A DNA stretch of 63,678 nt, counting the filler, from Stramenopiles sp. TOSAG23-6 (lineage: Eukaryota), in the NCBI GenBank assembly GCA_900128565.1. It is 11 parts of 11 records of this genome, joined end to end, with 100 filler letters (N's around TTAATTAATTAA, not from the genome) between each part and the next. Parts side by side here need not be neighbours in the genome. Positions count along the whole stretch, not along the records: positions 6,286 to 12,466 come from LT636758.1; positions 12,567 to 18,742 come from LT636759.1; positions 18,843 to 25,018 come from LT636760.1; positions 25,119 to 31,287 come from LT636761.1; 7 more parts are not named here. One strand, 5' to 3'. Positions within the stretch are counted from its first letter, which is position 1, and every line of letters starts with the position of its first letter. Below the pieces are notes generated by a model. The model searched no databases, was not told where the DNA came from, and saw nothing but the letters and a program-made list of their open reading frames with translations. The position numbers and the translations under genes are program-made. This document shows positions 12,371 to 25,187 of this stretch, piece by piece.

Positions 12371-12621
12371 GTATGTTTTATTTTTTTTTTATCAAAAAAA
12401 TCCAATTTTTTTTTTTATAGTAAATTTTGTACCTAACAATTTTTTTTAGATTTTTTTTGAAATATTNNNNNNNNNNNNNNNNNNNNNNNNNNNNNNNNNN
12501 NNNNNNNNNNTTAATTAATTAANNNNNNNNNNNNNNNNNNNNNNNNNNNNNNNNNNNNNNNNNNNNGTACGAAATTTTGTACCTAACGAAAAACAATTTG
12601 AAATATTTTTCCAAAATACAT

Positions 12622-15600
12622 TTGCAGCAGTAGAAATTGAAAAAGAGATGGAATCTCTCACTGTAAATCTTCATCGAATTGTACCTGAAGCTTCAGAAAA
12701 ACAAGTACAACATACACTAAATCAGTATTGTGTTGGTTTGAATAGTGATGGGAGTGCTCGAAGTCGTACTGGGTTTCCGAAAGCTATTAAAGCCCTAAAA
12801 AATGAAATTTTACGTGTAAAGATGGAAAGTATAGATGATGACTCTTCTCGTTCGAGTAGCAATGAAAATGATTCCATTCGTTCAAGTAGTGTTGAATACA
12901 GTTCGTCAAGTACAGAAAGTAAATCAAACAATATTGAAGATAAATTTGGAAGAATTTTAGAGGAAAGGAGACAGAAAAAACGTATTCGACTGAAACAAAT
13001 GGAAGATGAACGATTGCGAGTACAACAAATTGAACAAGAAAAAATGATTTCACGAAAAGTTAAAGGATTACTCGTGAAATTAAATTTACCCTCCGAAATG
13101 GTAAACACAATTATAGAAGATAAAGAATTTAAGAATGCCGCACTTGCAAAGTTGCAACTACAGGACCCTGCTGGATTAGCACAGCTTATTCAAGGCAAAA
13201 TTGCCCAGGTAAATAGTATTCGATATGGTGGTAATGGGGGTGGTGCAATCGGTGGTGTTATGAGTGCAATGGGTGCAATAGGTGGAATGCCAATGTCTCC
13301 TATGGGAATGAGCCCACATAATGTACCAAGAAACGTTGATGCACTTTCATTACTCTCCAAAGAAATGCCAAGTTTACCTGGCTTAGCCAATGTGGTAATG
13401 CAACAGCCAGTAGATGTTAAAGAAAAAATATCGTCAGATACAACAGCAAAACAACAGACGGGTAAGTTAGATGTTAAAACATTATCGCCAAAAACATCGT
13501 CAAATAAATCAACTTCAAATACAATAGAGAAGAAAAATACATCAAATAAAATAAGTGAGAGAGATATTGCTCTTCGTAAACGTCTTGCGGAAGAAGCAGC
13601 ATTAAATGGTAACCCCTTCCCCGAAAGTATTACCCAAAACAGTAATTTGAAATTAAACATTACCGTAAATAGTTTGGCAAATTCATCAAAACCATACCCC
13701 GCGCCTGCAATTCCTGAACAATTACTTAAAGAAAAAAACTTACGACAAAAAGAGTTACGCCAGCGAATTGCAGAACGAAGAAAACTCAATAAACTCGTTA
13801 CTGAAAAAGCCACAGCAAATGGAGACGTCAAAGATAAAAGTACTGAAGTATCTAAAACGTTTAATACATGGGGTCAACCTTTAATAGATGTAGAAGCAAA
13901 ACGTAAAGAGGAGTTAAATAAAAATCATCATAGAAATAAACTAAAAGGTACACCGATTACTAGTATGCAAATGGAAGAGCAATTAAGAAGCGAAATAAAG
14001 GATAACACTCGTGAACTACTATCATCTGTACGCGATACTATACCCAAAAGTGTATTTAAACCTGTGCCTGTAAAAACTGTTCGTTTTCAAGACAATATAG
14101 TACAGGAAGCAAGTAATATATTACCATCAAATATATCATCTAGTAGTAGCAGCGCTCTTCTTCATGAAAGAACGCGTATGACAATGCTTCGCCAAGAAGA
14201 AGCAGTCCAACGCCAAAGATCACATTTTGATAGTATGAAAAAAAACAAACGAAAGACTCGTGAACGGTATAGTTTTTGGTGGAGATTGATTGGAGTTGAC
14301 TCAAATTCAAGTGAACAACTTCAACGTGAACAACAGGAGCATTTACGCCCAGAGATTGAAGATCTTCTGGCTAGAGAATGCACCACTTGTCTTATCGATT
14401 CTTGGAATTGTTATGATACTGATGGTGTTGAAGGAATAGCAAATAATGTAATTCCAGATTTGTGTGAGAGTACTTTACACAATATAAAGATGGCAATTGC
14501 AAACAAATATGATTGGGGTGACACGAGTAAGAACATTACAACAGCAAGTGTTGAAAAGATTGTGGAGTCGATTTTTGACGCGCCTGATGATTTGTTGACA
14601 TATATGACTGCATATTTTATATCATCATCTGAAACAAATTGCGGGGTTTTGAGTAAGCAATCTTTCTTACGATACTTTAATGCGCACTTACATTTAAACG
14701 AAACCGAAAAAGTGGATAGTTCAAATAATAATGATAAACAGAGGAAAGATAGCCACGTTAGTACATCATTAAAATCATTGTTTTCTGTTGGAGATAGTGT
14801 TTTGTACACTGATTCTAATGACGCTGTTTTCAATGCCACTATTAAAGAGAAACATCTAGATTCCTGTACTAAAAAAGAAGGAATAGAAGAAGGGGCGTAT
14901 TACACATTGTCTTTGCCAAATGGGCGTGAGAGACAAACTTTAGAAGATCGAATATCCGTCATTAAAAACACGCCAAAAATTTCTCAATTAGTTACAAACA
15001 AACCAAGCAAAAAAATGCGACGGGAAAAGCAAGCATCTGCATTAAGTGCATTGTGGAACGAATTAGATGAATTAGCTGCAATGTCTTCGCCAAGTATGTT
15101 ACAAGCAAATGATGCAGATGACGACAGTAATAATAGGAAGCAATGGAAAAATTGCGTTGATGAATGCATAACTCAAATCAATAATAATATTGATGATGAG
15201 AAATATTCTTCAAATGAGAGTGCTATTCATAATGGTGCAAAAGTAGGAAATTCTGACAGTTCTGATTCAAATCTAAAACAAGATCAATCCGATGGTATTC
15301 GACGAGGTTCAGGATACTCTGCAGCAAAGATATACAGGAATAAGATAAAATTGAAAGGTCAACTTCAAAAAAATAAGAAAACAAAGAAGAAACGAGGCAA
15401 AAGTAGAAAAGTAGAACATCAAAAGCAACATCGAAAACAAGATCAGTATCCAGCAAAGCTATCTGGGAAACTTAGTAAAGCTATATTTAAAAAAGATATA
15501 GAACCGCAGAATATAAATAAACGATATTCTACTACACCACAAGAAAGTATAAATCCTAAGAGTATTACCAAAATGATTCCAGAGAACACTTTGATAAATA

Positions 15601-16286
15601 ATAATATACACTACACAGAAGATAAATCGTTTGAATCATTATTACATTTGGAGAAAAGAAAACTTGACGAATTACAAAAACGTCAACAATCGTATAAAAA
15701 GTTTTGTGAAGTAATAGACAAAGATAATTTAGACTTTCAGTTTAAAAACAGAAACAAAAATGATAATTTTGGAGAAAAACGTTCTCGCATTGATGATCAA
15801 TTATTTCTAGAATCAGTATCTAACAACGACATATCAAACAAAATAATATCAGTAAATAGTAATAATTTAGATTCTGATGGGAGCAACGGAAAAATTGCAT
15901 TAATGAATGCATCTCGTTTAAGGAGGTTCTATGAATTTAGGTGCCCTTCAAAAATCGGTGCTGTCGAAAAAATTCTCAAGAATAATATCGGTAAAGAAAA
16001 AGCTTTATTTTCAAAGGTTTTACGAAAATATGGAAATGTATCAAAAACTAATGAGAGGCTACAAACAGTGCAAGAAGTCATTGAATCATATGTTAGTAAA
16101 TTACCTCATGGTGTTGTGAAAAGAGCTTTAATAGACAGGGGTAATGAAGTGCTAGGTACAGAGACACAAAATCGCTCTACTCTGAAGAATACGTTACAAA
16201 ATCAAATAAATCTAGGAAAAATTGACGAAACACTTTTAGTTGCTATACTAGGTAAAAAACAATTCAAGTTATTTCGTCCATACTAA
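12622..16286 (+). CDS. Large low-complexity/coiled-coil protein of unknown function; terminal exon, 5'-truncated
   Basis: 1212-aa ORF that stays open upstream to a family intron end at 12621. Confidence 0.75.
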
Positions 16287-16414
16287 CATTAAATTAGTAG
16301 TCGTAGACTTACAAAAAGTGAAATATTAAAAAATTTTACAAATAAATGAATTCCAAGAATTTCAAATTTCAAATTTGGTGTTATGACATGAACTAGTCAG
16401 ACATTCATTCGTTC

Positions 16415-17314
16415 ATGACCATTAGGTCAGAGTCCAAATCCATGCGAAGAAGTCTCCCATATATTTTCTCTAGAATGCAATCCACGAATACGTCGACATG
16501 GACTCCTCCATCAAGTCTAGAAACAGTGTCGAATTACTCGTCATTGTTATCACTTGTGTTGTCTGCTCGCCCAATAACACCTGGTGCTGTCGTTGTATGT
16601 CCCCGACGACCTGGAATTTCGCGACTCTTGGATCTCTCTGATGATGAGTTGTTAGATATGTTTTCTACAGCACGGACTATTGTGACTTCAATGAATAACT
16701 CTATAGGTGATGCTTCAGCAGAAGGATTTAATCTCGCACTGAAAGATTCTCATGGTGCATTTTCACAGTTGCACCTTCACGTTGTCCCTCGGCGCAGTAA
16801 TGATTTTCCCGAGAATGACGAAATTTATAACCGTATTGATAAATGGCATCCAGATCTAGGAAAATGCAATATGAATAGTTTACCCCTCGATATTCCTGAA
16901 GATAGTGCTCGAACTGGGCGAACGGAAGAATCAATGGCAGAGGAAGCCATGAAATACCGATGTGCTCAACCAGGGAATACGACATGTGAAGAATTTCCAA
17001 AAGATGGAAAAGTTACTTTTGGACAACTTTCCATAGCATGCACACAAGTATTCTGGAATTCAGAGTTGTCCTTTGCTTTCGTGAATAAGTATCCTCTAGT
17101 AAATGGGCATACTTTAGTATCTCCAAGACGTCCCGTCGCTCGACTCAAAGATCTCACCACAGAAGAAGCAGATGATCTTTGGCGTAGTGTCAAAAAGGTA
17201 CAAAGTTTATTATCAACTATTTATGGCTCTGATAATTTCACGACTGGAATTCAAGATGGTCCAGTTTCTGGTCAAAGTGTATTTCATGTTCATGTCCATA
17301 TCCTGCCAATGTAA
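16415..17314 (+). CDS. Tandem double-HIT, FHIT-like dinucleoside polyphosphate hydrolase
   Basis: Two HIT domains: QLHLHVVPRR.NDF..NDEIY, and AFVNKYPLVNGHTLVSP...IQDGPVSGQSVFHVHVHILP. Confidence 0.85.
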   Translation: MTIRSESKSMRRSLPYIFSRMQSTNTSTWTPPSSLETVSNYSSLLSLVLSARPITPGAVVVCPRRPGISRLLDLSDDELLDMFSTARTIVTSMNNSIGDASAEGFNLALKDSHGAFSQLHLHVVPRRSNDFPENDEIYNRIDKWHPDLGKCNMNSLPLDIPEDSARTGRTEESMAEEAMKYRCAQPGNTTCEEFPKDGKVTFGQLSIACTQVFWNSELSFAFVNKYPLVNGHTLVSPRRPVARLKDLTTEEADDLWRSVKKVQSLLSTIYGSDNFTTGIQDGPVSGQSVFHVHVHILPM

Positions 17315-17486
17315 TTCAAAGTTTTAAATAAAAAATAAATATGTCGTAATAATTTATAAAAAATTTAAATTCGGAAGAAATTAAAAAATATAAAATATAG
17401 AAAAGTGAAAAAAATATTATGATTTACACAAACTATTTTATACTACTATATTCTTTATATACTATAACTATGTACTACTGTGATAT

Positions 17487-18542
17487 CTACATGTTGCTCG
17501 AATGACTAGAACTCATCACTGTTGCTGCTTCTAATCTACTTTCTTCATGACTCTCTGGTATTACTGCTACTCCTTCACCTTTACTACCTGAACGATATTG
17601 TAGATATTCACGAACGGATTGGATAGTTGCAGAAGGAGTATTTGATCCTTCAACTGCTATGTTTGCATCTTTAGTATTATCATTACGTAATGCAATGCAA
17701 ACATCTTCATTTGGATCTGTAAAAAATGCAAGTGATGTTCGAGTTAGAGTAGATGCTTCTTCAAGCTCTTCCTTTGATATTTTTGTTCCTTTTGAATCCG
17801 GACCTGCGACTCTGTGTATTGTTGCCTTCAATTCACCATTGGTCCATTTTGAAAGTAAACTACCTATATTCACTACTAATGCACCTTCACGATGAGGTAC
17901 TGGCACCCAAGTATTATCGTTTGCAAGTGCTTCTAATCCAACTGTTCCATCATGTATTGTGAAAAAAATATTTCAATTTTTTTTGTTAGGTACAAATTTT
18001 GGTACGAAAAAATAAATTTGAAATTCATGATGTAAAAATACAGTAGTCAGTAACGTTATACTTCCATAATCACTATGTTCTTTACACCTATTTCCCCTTG
18101 ATACATGTTCATTTTTATATGGTAAATATTGAATTAGTCTAAGCGTGTTGTTTTTTTCACTATGAAGTTTTACAAAATGCTCCTTATCATCTAGACCTAA
18201 GCCATGAGCTATACATCGTAATAATTGCTCCTTTGTTTTGTCAAGTGCTTTACAATATAGCGACAAAGTTGAAGTTGGATCAGCGTCTAATACAGCTTGT
18301 TCACCAATTAACATTGTATATTGCTTTGGATCGGTTGGGTGATCTTCAATCTTCACACAAGTTGGGGGAACTGCAAACACATTTGATGCAGCATTGACTG
18401 CATCTCTTTGCAACTGAGGAGTGAGAAAAGGAGATTCTAACAACAAAAAACCTGACGTTCGAAGAGCATTGCAACAAGCATCTGCAACAACGTCTATTTC
18501 GCCATCCTCCAAGGGAAGACGTACAATGGGAACAAACGACAT
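17487..18542 (-). CDS. 2-oxoglutarate/Fe(II) dioxygenase (IPNS/DIOX family), intron 17952-18041
   Basis: LRLIQY...EHSDYGSITLLTT|DGTVGLE...VVNIGSLLSKWTNG...ATIHRV...RTSLAFF. Confidence 0.9.
17952..18041 (-). mobile_element. Repeated intron family copy (GTATT...AATACAT)
   Basis: Removal restores the HxDxGxxTLLxxDxxxGL spacing exactly. Confidence 0.85.
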
Positions 18543-18897
18543 TCTATATAGAAATGCAATAAATGACTTTACTATGAAAATAATAATGTGNCCGCGANCC
18601 ATTTCCATTTCGATTTTGAATCGAGGATTTCGTGTGATCGATCGGAGATTTTTGTATTCATTGATTTTTTGAGATGATTTCTTTCGAGAGACTCGTGTCG
18701 TGTNCGTGTTACTCACAGTGTGAACAGAAACACAATTAGGACNNNNNNNNNNNNNNNNNNNNNNNNNNNNNNNNNNNNNNNNNNNNTTAATTAATTAANN
18801 NNNNNNNNNNNNNNNNNNNNNNNNNNNNNNNNNNNNNNNNNNGTACGAAATTTTGTACCTAACGAAAAACAATTTGAAATATTTTTCCAAAATACAT

Positions 18898-21800
18898 TTG
18901 CAGCAGTAGAAATTGAAAAAGAGATGGAATCTCTCACTGTAAATCTTCATCGAATTGTACCTGAAGCTTCAGAAAAACAAGTACAACATACACTAAATCA
19001 GTATTGTGTTGGTTTGAATAGTGATGGGAGTGCTCGAAGTCGTACTGGGTTTCCGAAAGCTATTAAAGCCCTAAAAAATGAAATTTTACGTGTAAAGATG
19101 GAAAGTATAGATGATGACTCTTCTCGTTCGAGTAGCAATGAAAATGATTCCATTCGTTCAAGTAGTGTTGAATACAGTTCGTCAAGTACAGAAAGTAAAT
19201 CAAACAATATTGAAGATAAATTTGGAAGAATTTTAGAGGAAAGGAGACAGAAAAAACGTATTCGACTGAAACAAATGGAAGATGAACGATTGCGAGTACA
19301 ACAAATTGAACAAGAAAAAATGATTTCACGAAAAGTTAAAGGATTACTCGTGAAATTAAATTTACCCTCCGAAATGGTAAACACAATTATAGAAGATAAA
19401 GAATTTAAGAATGCCGCACTTGCAAAGTTGCAACTACAGGACCCTGCTGGATTAGCACAGCTTATTCAAGGCAAAATTGCCCAGGTAAATAGTATTCGAT
19501 ATGGTGGTAATGGGGGTGGTGCAATCGGTGGTGTTATGAGTGCAATGGGTGCAATAGGTGGAATGCCAATGTCTCCTATGGGAATGAGCCCACATAATGT
19601 ACCAAGAAACGTTGATGCACTTTCATTACTCTCCAAAGAAATGCCAAGTTTACCTGGCTTAGCCAATGTGGTAATGCAACAGCCAGTAGATGTTAAAGAA
19701 AAAATATCGTCAGATACAACAGCAAAACAACAGACGGGTAAGTTAGATGTTAAAACATTATCGCCAAAAACATCGTCAAATAAATCAACTTCAAATACAA
19801 TAGAGAAGAAAAATACATCAAATAAAATAAGTGAGAGAGATATTGCTCTTCGTAAACGTCTTGCGGAAGAAGCAGCATTAAATGGTAACCCCTTCCCCGA
19901 AAGTATTACCCAAAACAGTAATTTGAAATTAAACATTACCGTAAATAGTTTGGCAAATTCATCAAAACCATACCCCGCGCCTGCAATTCCTGAACAATTA
20001 CTTAAAGAAAAAAACTTACGACAAAAAGAGTTACGCCAGCGAATTGCAGAACGAAGAAAACTCAATAAACTCGTTACTGAAAAAGCCACAGCAAATGGAG
20101 ACGTCAAAGATAAAAGTACTGAAGTATCTAAAACGTTTAATACATGGGGTCAACCTTTAATAGATGTAGAAGCAAAACGTAAAGAGGAGTTAAATAAAAA
20201 TCATCATAGAAATAAACTAAAAGGTACACCGATTACTAGTATGCAAATGGAAGAGCAATTAAGAAGCGAAATAAAGGATAACACTCGTGAACTACTATCA
20301 TCTGTACGCGATACTATACCCAAAAGTGTATTTAAACCTGTGCCTGTAAAAACTGTTCGTTTTCAAGACAATATAGTACAGGAAGCAAGTAATATATTAC
20401 CATCAAATATATCATCTAGTAGTAGCAGCGCTCTTCTTCATGAAAGAACGCGTATGACAATGCTTCGCCAAGAAGAAGCAGTCCAACGCCAAAGATCACA
20501 TTTTGATAGTATGAAAAAAAACAAACGAAAGACTCGTGAACGGTATAGTTTTTGGTGGAGATTGATTGGAGTTGACTCAAATTCAAGTGAACAACTTCAA
20601 CGTGAACAACAGGAGCATTTACGCCCAGAGATTGAAGATCTTCTGGCTAGAGAATGCACCACTTGTCTTATCGATTCTTGGAATTGTTATGATACTGATG
20701 GTGTTGAAGGAATAGCAAATAATGTAATTCCAGATTTGTGTGAGAGTACTTTACACAATATAAAGATGGCAATTGCAAACAAATATGATTGGGGTGACAC
20801 GAGTAAGAACATTACAACAGCAAGTGTTGAAAAGATTGTGGAGTCGATTTTTGACGCGCCTGATGATTTGTTGACATATATGACTGCATATTTTATATCA
20901 TCATCTGAAACAAATTGCGGGGTTTTGAGTAAGCAATCTTTCTTACGATACTTTAATGCGCACTTACATTTAAACGAAACCGAAAAAGTGGATAGTTCAA
21001 ATAATAATGATAAACAGAGGAAAGATAGCCACGTTAGTACATCATTAAAATCATTGTTTTCTGTTGGAGATAGTGTTTTGTACACTGATTCTAATGACGC
21101 TGTTTTCAATGCCACTATTAAAGAGAAACATCTAGATTCCTGTACTAAAAAAGAAGGAATAGAAGAAGGGGCGTATTACACATTGTCTTTGCCAAATGGG
21201 CGTGAGAGACAAACTTTAGAAGATCGAATATCCGTCATTAAAAACACGCCAAAAATTTCTCAATTAGTTACAAACAAACCAAGCAAAAAAATGCGACGGG
21301 AAAAGCAAGCATCTGCATTAAGTGCATTGTGGAACGAATTAGATGAATTAGCTGCAATGTCTTCGCCAAGTATGTTACAAGCAAATGATGCAGATGACGA
21401 CAGTAATAATAGGAAGCAATGGAAAAATTGCGTTGATGAATGCATAACTCAAATCAATAATAATATTGATGATGAGAAATATTCTTCAAATGAGAGTGCT
21501 ATTCATAATGGTGCAAAAGTAGGAAATTCTGACAGTTCTGATTCAAATCTAAAACAAGATCAATCCGATGGTATTCGACGAGGTTCAGGATACTCTGCAG
21601 CAAAGATATACAGGAATAAGATAAAATTGAAAGGTCAACTTCAAAAAAATAAGAAAACAAAGAAGAAACGAGGCAAAAGTAGAAAAGTAGAACATCAAAA
21701 GCAACATCGAAAACAAGATCAGTATCCAGCAAAGCTATCTGGGAAACTTAGTAAAGCTATATTTAAAAAAGATATAGAACCGCAGAATATAAATAAACGA

Positions 21801-22562
21801 TATTCTACTACACCACAAGAAAGTATAAATCCTAAGAGTATTACCAAAATGATTCCAGAGAACACTTTGATAAATAATAATATACACTACACAGAAGATA
21901 AATCGTTTGAATCATTATTACATTTGGAGAAAAGAAAACTTGACGAATTACAAAAACGTCAACAATCGTATAAAAAGTTTTGTGAAGTAATAGACAAAGA
22001 TAATTTAGACTTTCAGTTTAAAAACAGAAACAAAAATGATAATTTTGGAGAAAAACGTTCTCGCATTGATGATCAATTATTTCTAGAATCAGTATCTAAC
22101 AACGACATATCAAACAAAATAATATCAGTAAATAGTAATAATTTAGATTCTGATGGGAGCAACGGAAAAATTGCATTAATGAATGCATCTCGTTTAAGGA
22201 GGTTCTATGAATTTAGGTGCCCTTCAAAAATCGGTGCTGTCGAAAAAATTCTCAAGAATAATATCGGTAAAGAAAAAGCTTTATTTTCAAAGGTTTTACG
22301 AAAATATGGAAATGTATCAAAAACTAATGAGAGGCTACAAACAGTGCAAGAAGTCATTGAATCATATGTTAGTAAATTACCTCATGGTGTTGTGAAAAGA
22401 GCTTTAATAGACAGGGGTAATGAAGTGCTAGGTACAGAGACACAAAATCGCTCTACTCTGAAGAATACGTTACAAAATCAAATAAATCTAGGAAAAATTG
22501 ACGAAACACTTTTAGTTGCTATACTAGGTAAAAAACAATTCAAGTTATTTCGTCCATACTAA
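18898..22562 (+). CDS. Duplicate of the large unknown protein (12622-16286)
   Basis: Identical 1212-aa ORF. Confidence 0.7.
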
Positions 22563-22690
22563 CATTAAATTAGTAGTCGTAGACTTACAAAAAGTGAAAT
22601 ATTAAAAAATTTTACAAATAAATGAATTCCAAGAATTTCAAATTTCAAATTTGGTGTTATGACATGAACTAGTCAGACATTCATTCGTTC

Positions 22691-23590
22691 ATGACCATTA
22701 GGTCAGAGTCCAAATCCATGCGAAGAAGTCTCCCATATATTTTCTCTAGAATGCAATCCACGAATACGTCGACATGGACTCCTCCATCAAGTCTAGAAAC
22801 AGTGTCGAATTACTCGTCATTGTTATCACTTGTGTTGTCTGCTCGCCCAATAACACCTGGTGCTGTCGTTGTATGTCCCCGACGACCTGGAATTTCGCGA
22901 CTCTTGGATCTCTCTGATGATGAGTTGTTAGATATGTTTTCTACAGCACGGACTATTGTGACTTCAATGAATAACTCTATAGGTGATGCTTCAGCAGAAG
23001 GATTTAATCTCGCACTGAAAGATTCTCATGGTGCATTTTCACAGTTGCACCTTCACGTTGTCCCTCGGCGCAGTAATGATTTTCCCGAGAATGACGAAAT
23101 TTATAACCGTATTGATAAATGGCATCCAGATCTAGGAAAATGCAATATGAATAGTTTACCCCTCGATATTCCTGAAGATAGTGCTCGAACTGGGCGAACG
23201 GAAGAATCAATGGCAGAGGAAGCCATGAAATACCGATGTGCTCAACCAGGGAATACGACATGTGAAGAATTTCCAAAAGATGGAAAAGTTACTTTTGGAC
23301 AACTTTCCATAGCATGCACACAAGTATTCTGGAATTCAGAGTTGTCCTTTGCTTTCGTGAATAAGTATCCTCTAGTAAATGGGCATACTTTAGTATCTCC
23401 AAGACGTCCCGTCGCTCGACTCAAAGATCTCACCACAGAAGAAGCAGATGATCTTTGGCGTAGTGTCAAAAAGGTACAAAGTTTATTATCAACTATTTAT
23501 GGCTCTGATAATTTCACGACTGGAATTCAAGATGGTCCAGTTTCTGGTCAAAGTGTATTTCATGTTCATGTCCATATCCTGCCAATGTAA
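22691..23590 (+). CDS. Duplicate of the double-HIT FHIT-like protein
   Basis: Identical to 16415-17314. Confidence 0.8.
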   Translation: MTIRSESKSMRRSLPYIFSRMQSTNTSTWTPPSSLETVSNYSSLLSLVLSARPITPGAVVVCPRRPGISRLLDLSDDELLDMFSTARTIVTSMNNSIGDASAEGFNLALKDSHGAFSQLHLHVVPRRSNDFPENDEIYNRIDKWHPDLGKCNMNSLPLDIPEDSARTGRTEESMAEEAMKYRCAQPGNTTCEEFPKDGKVTFGQLSIACTQVFWNSELSFAFVNKYPLVNGHTLVSPRRPVARLKDLTTEEADDLWRSVKKVQSLLSTIYGSDNFTTGIQDGPVSGQSVFHVHVHILPM

Positions 23591-23762
23591 TTCAAAGTTT
23601 TAAATAAAAAATAAATATGTCGTAATAATTTATAAAAAATTTAAATTCGGAAGAAATTAAAAAATATAAAATATAGAAAAGTGAAAAAAATATTATGATT
23701 TACACAAACTATTTTATACTACTATATTCTTTATATACTATAACTATGTACTACTGTGATAT

Positions 23763-24818
23763 CTACATGTTGCTCGAATGACTAGAACTCATCACTGTTG
23801 CTGCTTCTAATCTACTTTCTTCATGACTCTCTGGTATTACTGCTACTCCTTCACCTTTACTACCTGAACGATATTGTAGATATTCACGAACGGATTGGAT
23901 AGTTGCAGAAGGAGTATTTGATCCTTCAACTGCTATGTTTGCATCTTTAGTATTATCATTACGTAATGCAATGCAAACATCTTCATTTGGATCTGTAAAA
24001 AATGCAAGTGATGTTCGAGTTAGAGTAGATGCTTCTTCAAGCTCTTCCTTTGATATTTTTGTTCCTTTTGAATCCGGACCTGCGACTCTGTGTATTGTTG
24101 CCTTCAATTCACCATTGGTCCATTTTGAAAGTAAACTACCTATATTCACTACTAATGCACCTTCACGATGAGGTACTGGCACCCAAGTATTATCGTTTGC
24201 AAGTGCTTCTAATCCAACTGTTCCATCATGTATTGTGAAAAAAATATTTCAATTTTTTTTGTTAGGTACAAATTTTGGTACGAAAAAATAAATTTGAAAT
24301 TCATGATGTAAAAATACAGTAGTCAGTAACGTTATACTTCCATAATCACTATGTTCTTTACACCTATTTCCCCTTGATACATGTTCATTTTTATATGGTA
24401 AATATTGAATTAGTCTAAGCGTGTTGTTTTTTTCACTATGAAGTTTTACAAAATGCTCCTTATCATCTAGACCTAAGCCATGAGCTATACATCGTAATAA
24501 TTGCTCCTTTGTTTTGTCAAGTGCTTTACAATATAGCGACAAAGTTGAAGTTGGATCAGCGTCTAATACAGCTTGTTCACCAATTAACATTGTATATTGC
24601 TTTGGATCGGTTGGGTGATCTTCAATCTTCACACAAGTTGGGGGAACTGCAAACACATTTGATGCAGCATTGACTGCATCTCTTTGCAACTGAGGAGTGA
24701 GAAAAGGAGATTCTAACAACAAAAAACCTGACGTTCGAAGAGCATTGCAACAAGCATCTGCAACAACGTCTATTTCGCCATCCTCCAAGGGAAGACGTAC
24801 AATGGGAACAAACGACAT
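23763..24818 (-). CDS. Duplicate of the 2OG-Fe(II) dioxygenase (intron 24228-24317)
   Basis: Identical to 17487-18542. Confidence 0.85.
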
Positions 24819-25187
24819 TCTATATAGAAATGCAATAAATGACTTTACTATGAAAATAATAATGTGNCCGCGANCCATTTCCATTTCGATTTTGAATCGA
24901 GGATTTCGTGTGATCGATCGGAGATTTTTGTATTCATTGATTTTTTGAGATGATTTCTTTCGAGAGACTCGTGTCGTGTNCGTGTTACTCACAGTGTGAA
25001 CAGAAACACAATTAGGACNNNNNNNNNNNNNNNNNNNNNNNNNNNNNNNNNNNNNNNNNNNNTTAATTAATTAANNNNNNNNNNNNNNNNNNNNNNNNNN
25101 NNNNNNNNNNNNNNNNNNTACGAAAATTTGTACCTAACGAATTTTTTTTTTTTCGGTAAAAAAAACAAATATTTTTTCACAATACAT

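Larger units (their letters stand above)
18843..25018. repeat. Exact duplicate of contig 12567-18742 (offset +6276)
   Basis: Identical ORF track and identical internal N positions, indicating assembly redundancy. Confidence 0.95.

Noticed and set aside
13190-15456. Antisense ORFs within large genes (also 44172-44654, 45320-45880, 46701-47111)
   Set aside because: Shadow ORFs of the real coding strand with no recognisable motifs.
12567-25018. Apparent 6.3-kb tandem gene duplication
   Set aside because: The copies are separated by the artificial spacer and are identical down to N positions. They are redundant contigs, not a biological duplication.
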